Positions 42,726-51,408 of a stretch of DNA of 64,000 bases are shown here, piece by piece. A model generated the notes under the pieces. That model was not told where the DNA came from. It saw only the letters and a list, made by a program, of their open reading frames with translations, and made no database searches. This DNA comes from an uncultured Bacteroides sp. (GTDB lineage Bacteria; Bacteroidota; Bacteroidia; Bacteroidales; Bacteroidaceae). The translations under genes were made by a program, and so were the position numbers. How positions within the stretch are numbered: the stretch's first letter is position 1; every line of letters begins with the position of its first letter. The DNA lies in NCBI GenBank assembly GCA_900556845.1, contig USQO01000002.1:342-64341 (forward strand). The letters run 5' to 3'.

Positions 42726-45041
42726 ATGCAAGCAAGTATGAAAAATCTTTTATTTATTTTCGTTTTAATGATTGCACCGTTTACCGTCAAGGCGCAAATC
42801 AAAGGTATAATCTGTGACGAGCATCAAAACCCGGTAGCGTTTGCCAATGTTATTTTAACGGGTGCAGATTCCGTATTCATAGCTGGAACAATAACCGACG
42901 TAAGCGGTAATTTTAATTTTCAAGCCGATTACCCCCAAGCAGAACTTCTGCAAATTTCCGCTCTCGGATACAAGACTATGATAAAAACACTGGATGGGAA
43001 AAACAATATAGGAACGCTCACGATTGTTTCAGACAATATCCTGCTGGACGAAATTACAGTGACGGCACAACGGCCCTCTCAACATTTGACTAAAGGTGGA
43101 ATCATCACAACAGTAAACGGGTCTGTTTTGAGCCTGCTCGGAAATGCAATGGATGTAATCGGGCAACTTCCGGGCATTATGCGTGAAGATGATAAATTTA
43201 CTGTTTTTGGCAAAGGGACACCCATAATATATGTAAACGGGAGAAAACTGACGGACAACAGCGAGTTATACCGCATGTCGTCAAAAGATATTGCAAGTGT
43301 AGAAGTCATCAGTAATCCCGGAGCAAAATATGATGCAGAAGTGAAATCTGTGTTATTGGTCCGCACTATCAAGAAACAGGGAGACAGGTTAAGCGGCTCC
43401 ATACAAGGTGTCGTCCGGGCTGCTCACTCCTGGTCTAATTCGGACATCCTGTCTCTTAATTTCCGGAAACATAATCTCGATATATTCGGAACCTTTGCTT
43501 TTGACCATTCAAGACGGTACCAGCAGCAAAGAAATATCACCACGATAAATACGGGACACAGGCAATATGACCTGAATTCAGCCATTATTATATTACCGGT
43601 CAGCACAACTTATAATGCCAATTTAGGGTTCAATTGGCAAATTAATCCCAAGCATGTATTGGGAGCGAAATATGAATTTCGAGGTACACCTTACAACCGT
43701 TCAGACTGGACCACAAATGAAACAATCGAATTAAACGGTACTCTTGATGATAAAACAGACTATTATACACACTGGAGAAGAAAAAATTTGCCGACCAACA
43801 TATTGGACATGTATTATATGGGCGAATATGGTGATTGGACGCTTACTGTAAACAACGATTATTATTCAAGCCGCAATCAAGCCAGACAGGAAATAGATGA
43901 AGTCAGTTTATCGGAAGGCGAATCAACAATAAGCAGTCTGAACCACATCAACAGTTCGATGTTTGCATCCAAATCCGTCCTGGAATACGGCTTTGGGCAA
44001 AATACACTTGAAGCCGGTTATGAGTACACCTATACAAACAGATCGGACCGATACGATAACTATTATGATTTTTTGCCAGATGCTGATGACAATATCAAGG
44101 AACATAATATTGCCGGTTTCATAAGTGCCACTTTCCCCATAGGAGTCTATGAGCTTTCAGGAGGATTAAGGTATGAGCACACCATATCCGACTACTATGA
44201 GGGTGGACGCTTAATATCAGAGCAAAGCCGGAAATATGACCGTCTGTTTCCCAATATAGACTTTACGTTTCCAATTAAAAAAGCTAAGTTTACATTATCA
44301 TATAGTGCCAAGACAAATCGTCCGCTGTACAGTCAATTAAGCAGCAATATACAATATGATGACCGCTTTACTTATGAGACAGGGAATCCGCTGCTGAAAC
44401 CGGAAATAAACCATGATATTTCTTTGGCCGGTATTTACAAATGGGTATTCTTTTCAGCAAGTTATCAATACACAAAAGATGCTATAATTGGGATTGTTGA
44501 AGCATATAAGGAAGAAGAACCTGTAAATCTGATAACTTATAAGAATTATAATCACATCTCAAAATATTCCGCAGTGTTGTCTCTTTCCCCTAAAATATCA
44601 ATCTGGTCTCCTCGCCTGCAATTTAATCTGATGGGACAAGACTTTCAAATACCATTTATGGGGACAAAACTGCAAATGAACAATCCACTGCTGTTTATCA
44701 ATTTTTACAACAGCCTGTCTGTAGGAAAAGGTTTCACCATTACTGGTGATATACTGTATCATACACCAGGAGATATGGATATTGTTACGCTTAAACCGTC
44801 ATGGCAAATCAATCTGGGAGTAACCCAAACGACTGGAAACTGGTTCTTCCAACTTAGTGCAACAGACTTATTCAAAACAGCCCGTAATTCAATGATAACC
44901 CATGGAACTCAAATGAAACTTGATAAATGGAATTACAGTGACTCACAGGCTGTTCGGTTTACCATAAGATATGTGTTTAACTCTACGGTGAACAGATATA
45001 AAGGAAAGGGAGCCGGGCAAAGCGAAAAGAATCGTTTATAA
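42726..45041 (+). CDS. O0: outer-membrane beta-barrel (CarboxypepD_reg-like domain, plug, barrel; TBDR-like OMP_b-brl_3 type)
   Basis: P..FANV...ISALGY, LDEITVTA, LPG, VEVISNPGAKYDAE, GLRYE, GNPLLKPE, tail YKGKGAGQSEKNRL. Confidence 0.85.
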   Translation: MQASMKNLLFIFVLMIAPFTVKAQIKGIICDEHQNPVAFANVILTGADSVFIAGTITDVSGNFNFQADYPQAELLQISALGYKTMIKTLDGKNNIGTLTIVSDNILLDEITVTAQRPSQHLTKGGIITTVNGSVLSLLGNAMDVIGQLPGIMREDDKFTVFGKGTPIIYVNGRKLTDNSELYRMSSKDIASVEVISNPGAKYDAEVKSVLLVRTIKKQGDRLSGSIQGVVRAAHSWSNSDILSLNFRKHNLDIFGTFAFDHSRRYQQQRNITTINTGHRQYDLNSAIIILPVSTTYNANLGFNWQINPKHVLGAKYEFRGTPYNRSDWTTNETIELNGTLDDKTDYYTHWRRKNLPTNILDMYYMGEYGDWTLTVNNDYYSSRNQARQEIDEVSLSEGESTISSLNHINSSMFASKSVLEYGFGQNTLEAGYEYTYTNRSDRYDNYYDFLPDADDNIKEHNIAGFISATFPIGVYELSGGLRYEHTISDYYEGGRLISEQSRKYDRLFPNIDFTFPIKKAKFTLSYSAKTNRPLYSQLSSNIQYDDRFTYETGNPLLKPEINHDISLAGIYKWVFFSASYQYTKDAIIGIVEAYKEEEPVNLITYKNYNHISKYSAVLSLSPKISIWSPRLQFNLMGQDFQIPFMGTKLQMNNPLLFINFYNSLSVGKGFTITGDILYHTPGDMDIVTLKPSWQINLGVTQTTGNWFFQLSATDLFKTARNSMITHGTQMKLDKWNYSDSQAVRFTIRYVFNSTVNRYKGKGAGQSEKNRL

Positions 45042-45162
45042 CGACTCTGATTAAGAAGGCTCTATAAAAGAGCTAACAATAGCTACGACATCCGTAACCT
45101 TTGGAAAAGGAAAACGTTTTCCTCGTGTACCGGAGAATCGCAGAGAGAGCAAACACCGTCTC

Positions 45163-47238
45163 TTACATACGGTTCTTCTGACTTTCTCCGGCACCCGTAC
45201 CCTTGTACTTGCTCTTGGCAGTATTGAACTTATAGCGGACGGTAAGACGGACCGTACAGTTGTTGGGTTCTTCCGTCATGTGCATGGTCTGCATATCGCT
45301 TACATACATGATAAAATCACGCTTATAGCTGTTGAACAGGTTTGTTGCATCCAGACGGATATTCAGCTTGTCATCGAGAAGACTCTTCTGCAATGCCATA
45401 TCCATTCTCCAGGCCGGTTTCAGGAATCGGCCGTTCTTCATGTTTCCCTTACTGGTGTACATAAAATCCGCATCCAGCATAAAGCCCAAAGGCAGACTCA
45501 GGTTGTTGTTCCAGATAATCGTACCCATCGGGTTGTCAGACTGAGGTTGCCTTGCGGAGTCTGTACGTCGTACCACTGCTTGTTCAGCTGGAAGCGCCAT
45601 TGCGGTTTCCAGATACCGATAGTAGGAGAAAGCGTCACACCGGCAAAAATATTGTCGTATGCTTCAGCGTTGGCAAGCGACATCAGCATGATGGTAGGGT
45701 CATACTCGTCATACAGGCTGGTTACGTTGAGAATATCATTCTTTACCCGGTTGTATCCCACAGACAGTTGCAGCCAGCGGTAGGTAGCTCCCAATGTGAG
45801 GTTATGCGTAAACTTCGGGTCGAGCAGCGGATTTCCGGTTTCATAGGTATATTTGTTTATCAGCAGAACGCTGCTTCTCAAATCCCAATAAGACGGTCTG
45901 GCTATATCGGTGCGGTATGCCAGCTGAACATTCACACGGCTGACAGGGAATGCGACAGAAAGCGTAGGAAACAGATTACTGAAGTTCTTGCTTTGCTCAT
46001 CCACACGGATATCCTTCTCAAAATAATCGGAAGCATTATACTCGTATCTCAATCCAGCCAAAGCCTGTACGCGGCCAAACTTCTGGCTGTATTCCACAAA
46101 AGCCGCACCCATATTCTCGCGAATCCGACTGTCATCCTCCGAGACGATACCTTCCGGATTCAGGTTGATGTTCCTGCGGTTGGTATACGTATATTCACCC
46201 CCAAACGACAATTCACCACCGCATACAGGTCTGGAAAGAATCAGTCGGGCAGCATAAAGTGTATTGTCGATGTCATTGAAGAGTCTTGTGATAATCATAG
46301 CGAATTCCGAAAGCCGAATGCTCATTGATGGTATAGTTTACGGCCAACCGGGTATTAAAGTTTTTGGAGGTCCAGTCATTGAATGTAGTGGACTGTTGCT
46401 GCCAGTGTTCCTGCAAGTAAGTATCCTGAACCAGTTCCTTCCGAATCCATCCGTACATTCTTGAGCCATACAGCATACCGGACAAATCCCAGCCGTTTTT
46501 ACGGTAATTGAAGTTCAGCTGTTCAAGTGCGCTCCAATCTCTATTATACTGAAATAGAACACGGTTATCAAAGCCGAATCCTTCGCCTTCCGCTTTCTTG
46601 GTAATGATGCGTATTACAGAAGTCACCTCCGCACCGTATCTTGCTCCTGGATTGTTGACCACTTCCACGGATTTTATATTCTCTGCCGAAAGTCTGTCCA
46701 GCTCCGAATTGTCAAGCAATTTCCGGCCGTTTACATAAATCTCAGGAGTACCACGACCGAAAACATTGATTTCGCCGTCCTTCAAGGTGACATTAGGAAT
46801 CTTGTCGAGCATCTGTTCTGCGGTTCCGGCTTTTTCCAGAGCTGTTCCTGCCACTCCCGTTATCATGGCATCCCCTTTGATACGTGTGACAGGCAGATTG
46901 GCTTTTACCACCACTTCATCCAACTGTTGGGCATCCGATACGAGCTGTACGATACCGAGATTTGCCGGAGATACCGGTATGTACACGGTTTTATATCCGA
47001 TGGAGGATATTTTCACGAGCTGGTTTTGCGATGTTGCTTCCAGTGTGAATGTTCCGTTTTCACCACTGATGGTTCCACTCACAAAAGCAGAATCAGGCAG
47101 TGACAGCAATACCACATTGGCGTAAGGCAATGGCTGGCTGTTCTCGTCAATTAGTTTTCCGCTTACGCGCTGGGCAAACAAACACACGGGTGAAAGGCAG
47201 CTCGTGAACACAAGCAGAAATGCTTTCATTTTTTCCAT
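45163..47238 (-). pseudogene. O1: disrupted beta-barrel gene
   Basis: Three consecutive ORF pieces align to O2; out-of-frame internal deletion near 46280 and a 1-bp loss near 45537 (CTG ACA ACC where CTG GAC AAC is expected). Confidence 0.85.
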
Positions 47239-47295
47239 TGTATGATAGGTTTTAATTTTTCACAGCAAAACTTCTGAAGAGCAAAATTGATTACC

Positions 47296-47422
47296 GCAAA
47301 ATTAAAATTATTATTACGACCTTACATGAAAACCATCTCTACATCCCTTTATACAAGAATGCGCCATAACATACTGTACTATAACATATTATGACGCATT
47401 ATAAAATAGCATTATCTCTACA
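47296..47422 (-). promoter_or_regulatory. P1: conserved regulator-barrel promoter module
   Basis: -7 TAATTTTG at 47297-47304; TGTAGAGAT boxes at 47335-47343 and 47414-47422; 18-bp stem at 47358-47400. Confidence 0.8.
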
Positions 47423-47431
47423 ATTGCATTC

Positions 47432-49294
47432 TCAGAACTCTACCAGCCACCTATCCAGTGTCATATCGTCCGTGAAACTTATCCGACCGTACTCGAGGAG
47501 GTGTTTCTTCAGGCGGAACTTCTTCTGAGAAATAGAAGCCGGGGAAACGGCAAAGATGGAAGCCAGCTGTGTATTGTTGAAGCGAAGACGGATGAGCACA
47601 CAAAGACGAAGCTCCTGCTCCGTGAGCTGAGGGCAGCACGTAAGCAAGCGGCTGATAAAATCGCCCCAGGCAGTCGTGCACAACTGCATCAGCTCCTCCC
47701 ACTCCGAATCGCTCAGAACGCGGCTTTTCTTCCGAAGACCGGATACCAGCTTGTGACTGTCTATCACATAGTCCGTCAGGCGGTGCTCGTTCTCTTTCAG
47801 CTTCAGACTTTCTTCCGTGAGGCGGCGCAACTGCTCCACATCCTTGCGGGCATCACGCAAGCGAGAAGCGTAATCGCCGATACGATACTGCAGGTCATCA
47901 ATCGTAGTCAGAAGGCGACCGTTCTCCGATTCCAGACACGCCATCTGCTCCTGCTGGGCATGACGTTCTTCGGCATCGCTGTCATGACGGGATAGCTGTT
48001 CTTTCAATTCCTCCAGATAGCGGCAGTTCTGCTGCAAGCGGCTTTCATTCTCGTGCAACTGAAGCAGGTAGGTCTGTAATTGTTCCGACTGCAGACGAAT
48101 AGTGCTTTCCTTACGTACCAGACGTTTCTGATACAGATACACCAAAACCGAAATTACTACCATCAGGCAGAGGGTGACAATAATCAGTACACGCTGAGCT
48201 TCCGCCTTCTCCAACTTCAGGCGCTGCTGCTCGGTGATGAGTCTCTGGTGGTCGTACTTCTCCTTGTAGGCGATGATTTCCTTACCTTTATCTAAGGACA
48301 TCACAGAGTCGGTATAGAAAAGAAGAGAATCACAGTAACTTTTCAGGTATTTACGGTATTGGGGAATATCAGCCAATTCATACAGAGAATTATATATCGT
48401 TTTCTTTGCATAAACATTATCCGTATTTAATGCCTTATTCAAATATAAATATGCAGAATCATACTGATTTAGCATTAAATAATTTGTACCAATTAGTGAA
48501 TAATGCTGGTATATCTTAGGAAATGTTTTTAGAATTTCCAATGACTTTTCAAACTGCGAACTGTTCGTATAAACCAAAGCTATTTCAGACTGCACATCAT
48601 AACAATACTCTTTATTCTGATATCCTAGTTCTAAAACTAAATCATTACATTTTTGATATATATCTATAGCCTCTGATAACTTATCAGAAATACAGTAACA
48701 TCTGGCCAAATATTGCAAAGAAGTCATCTGATACCGCTTGTTGGAATCCTTCACGGCATAATCGTATGCCTTCGTACAGGCTTCCAAAGCATAATCAGCA
48801 AGTCTGCGATATAAATACAGTTTTCCCAAAGAAGACATTATCAGATATCCGGTCTTATAATCATCCGTTTTCTCCACCTCTGTTTTGCCTTCCAGATAAT
48901 ACTGCATCGCTTCTTCTATATTCCCTAAATCATAGTTTATATCACCCATATAAAGTGCAGACATTGCCTTTCTACGGGTATTATCGGTAGGCTTGTAATA
49001 ATTGTATGCTATCCTCACCAGGGAATCTGAAGGGATTTTCATGATTAGTTTTACTTGTGCCTGCGATGTCAGCAGACACCACAGCGCATGATTCTCCTTA
49101 TCCCTGCGTGCAGATGGCATCGGCATAGCCTCCAAGATGTGAAGCGCACTGTCCGGATGGTCAAACATCACGGATTCCGCATGAACCAGTTCCGGAAGCG
49201 GCGATTTCTCCTTGCCGTTTCCGCTGCATCGGATGTTCAAAAAGGCAGTACAACCAATCAGAATGCACAGTATATAGTGGGTTATCTTTCTCAT
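47432..49294 (-). CDS. R1: membrane-anchored TPR / LuxR-like HTH regulator
   Basis: Signal with Cys, TPR-like helices, TM, coiled coil, PQLTEQELRLCVLIRLRFNNTQLASIFAVSPASISQKKFRLKK. Confidence 0.85.
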   Translation of the reverse strand: MRKITHYILCILIGCTAFLNIRCSGNGKEKSPLPELVHAESVMFDHPDSALHILEAMPMPSARRDKENHALWCLLTSQAQVKLIMKIPSDSLVRIAYNYYKPTDNTRRKAMSALYMGDINYDLGNIEEAMQYYLEGKTEVEKTDDYKTGYLIMSSLGKLYLYRRLADYALEACTKAYDYAVKDSNKRYQMTSLQYLARCYCISDKLSEAIDIYQKCNDLVLELGYQNKEYCYDVQSEIALVYTNSSQFEKSLEILKTFPKIYQHYSLIGTNYLMLNQYDSAYLYLNKALNTDNVYAKKTIYNSLYELADIPQYRKYLKSYCDSLLFYTDSVMSLDKGKEIIAYKEKYDHQRLITEQQRLKLEKAEAQRVLIIVTLCLMVVISVLVYLYQKRLVRKESTIRLQSEQLQTYLLQLHENESRLQQNCRYLEELKEQLSRHDSDAEERHAQQEQMACLESENGRLLTTIDDLQYRIGDYASRLRDARKDVEQLRRLTEESLKLKENEHRLTDYVIDSHKLVSGLRKKSRVLSDSEWEELMQLCTTAWGDFISRLLTCCPQLTEQELRLCVLIRLRFNNTQLASIFAVSPASISQKKFRLKKHLLEYGRISFTDDMTLDRWLVEF

Positions 49295-49447
49295 TTCACA
49301 AAAATTTCATGCAAAAATACGAATATTCCAGTACTATACACATGATTGCTCACATTTAGTTAATGGCAAAGGAAAGACTCAGTGATTCATAACGGAAAAG
49401 TCTGTTTTTTTATATATCTTTGCTTCTAGTACAAAAAGAATCAGTTT

Positions 49448-50636
49448 ATGAAATTTCCGATTGGCATTCAGAGCTTTGAGCGAATCATACAAGAAGGTTA
49501 TGTATACGTTGATAAAACAGACATTATTTATGACCTTACACATAACGGAAGCATTTATTTTCTCAGTCGTCCACGACGGTTCGGGAAAAGTCTTCTGGTT
49601 TCCACCTTGGAGAATTACTATTCAGGACGTAAGGAACTGTTCCGCGGTCTTGCCATAGAGAAGATGGAGACAGAATGGAACGAGTATCCCGTATTCCATG
49701 TGGACTTCAATGCGACGAATTTCACCAACTCCGGAGAATTGGAAATGAAACTTAATTTTTATCTTGCAGAATGAGAACAGAAGTATAATTTGCCGAACCG
49801 TACCAATGAATTAGGTTTGGGCGACCGTTTTATAAAGATACTTGAAGCCGCTCATCTTCAGACAGGTCGCCGTGCGGTGGTACTGGTAGACGAATACGAC
49901 AAACCGATTCTTGATGTACTGGATGTAGATGCCAATCTGGAGAACAAACACCGCAATATCCTGAAAGCTTTTTATTCTGTATTTAAGGGGGCAGACAAAC
50001 ACTTGCAGTTCGTACTGCTGACCGGTGTAACCAAGTTCTCCCAGGTAAGTGTATTCAGCGGATTCAACCAGCCGAAGGATATCAGTATGGATGCCCGTTA
50101 TGAGGCTTTATGCGGTATAACTCAAGAAGAGATTGAAGAATATTTTACAGAACCGGTATCGCAAATGGCTGTGGAATACCAGTGTACACCGCAGGAAATG
50201 TATAAACTGCTGAAGCAGCAGTACGATGGTTACCATTTCAGCAAACGTATGACTGACATCTATAATCCTTTCAGTCTGTTGAACGCTCTTGATAAAACAA
50301 GTATTGACAATTATTGGTTCAGTACCGGAACCCCTACCTATCTGATTCGTCTGCTCAACCATTCGCATGAAAGGATGAACGAATTTACAGGAAAGTATTA
50401 CACACCGGCTGAGTTTATAGACTACAAGGCTGATGTGGAACGCCCTTTGCCTATGATATACCAAAGCGGATACCTTACAATAAAGGCATACGACAGAGAT
50501 TTCAACACTTTCCTGCTTGATTTCCCGAACAATGAGGTAAAGGGAGGGTTTCTTACAATGGTGGCATCATCCTAATAAGATTGGGGCATCCTTCTCTTCT
50601 GAAACAGGAACGATTAGTGACTGGGCTGTAGATTAA
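49448..50636 (+). pseudogene. AAA-ATPase / PD-(D/E)XK nuclease pseudogene
   Basis: RPRRFGKS and DEYDKP motifs; in-frame TGA at 49772 where the paralog has Trp; jump at about 50575 from VASS to KIGASFSSETGTISDW (C-terminal end). Confidence 0.9.
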
Positions 50637-50688
50637 TGAAGAAAATGTCTATTCACAAAAAAATTCAGAATTCTGCTTTCACTAGAGC

Positions 50689-50719
50689 CGGAAGCGGTAG
50701 TGAGGAAACACCGCTTCCG
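50689..50719. terminator. Hairpin between convergent genes
   Basis: CGGAAGCGGT...ACCGCTTCCG. Confidence 0.5.
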
Positions 50720-50786
50720 CTGCATTGTATGTTCAAAAAACGATGTTACCAATCAGGATGTATAATAAATACTTCGTCATCATAGC

Positions 50787-51239
50787 TTATTTAAAGGTCT
50801 TTGAAATCTGTTCACCAACTCGTTCAAGAGCTCCTTCTATATCAGAATCCGTACTGATTCCAAATGTGGAATAAACACCTTGGCAAGATACTAAAGGACG
50901 ATCTGTATTGAAATCAATGAAATTAACAGTTACGACCGTTTGTTCCGGCTTTACAACAACACCGAATTTTGCAAGCAATAAAGAAGACTGCTCCTCTTCC
51001 GTCAAATCACCAAGACGATACTGACCTACCATTTTCAATCCTGATTGTTCTACAGCATCGTATAACTGAATCTGATACTGTATAAGCTCAGGAGGCATTC
51101 TATACGTATTATTATCAATCACTGTGACGTATTTGTATTTCGTCAAATCGGCTCCCTGTGAAACCACAGATTTAGAAACTGTACAGCTTGCCAAAATCAT
51201 TGACAAAAACATACAGAATAGAAAAGTGTACTTTTTCAT
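50787..51239 (-). CDS. Hypothetical lipoprotein
   Basis: Lipobox ILASC; alpha/beta body. Confidence 0.7.
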   Translation of the reverse strand: MKKYTFLFCMFLSMILASCTVSKSVVSQGADLTKYKYVTVIDNNTYRMPPELIQYQIQLYDAVEQSGLKMVGQYRLGDLTEEEQSSLLLAKFGVVVKPEQTVVTVNFIDFNTDRPLVSCQGVYSTFGISTDSDIEGALERVGEQISKTFK

Positions 51240-51349
51240 AATACTTGCAAGTAAAATAAGCCATTAAACAATAAAAGCAAATATATGGATAATCTTCAAT
51301 GATTAAATACCCACCACTGTTATAACATATAAATTACAACCAATAAATT

Positions 51350-51380
51350 AAAAAGGACAACTTCTCACGAAGTCGTCCCC
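51350..51380 (-). terminator. Terminator after O2
   Basis: Minus strand GGACGACTTC-GTGA-GAAGTTGTCC-TTTTT. Confidence 0.75.
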
Positions 51381-51408
51381 AAATAAATCTATCGAGAGAA
51401 TTTTAGTT

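Noticed and set aside
45530..45545. Phase-variable or programmed frameshift in O1
   Set aside because: No homopolymer or slippery sequence at the site, and an upstream out-of-frame deletion already breaks the gene.
49772..49774. Selenocysteine or programmed read-through at TGA
   Set aside because: Aligns to Trp (TGG to TGA) and the gene has a second large lesion, so a pseudogene is simpler.
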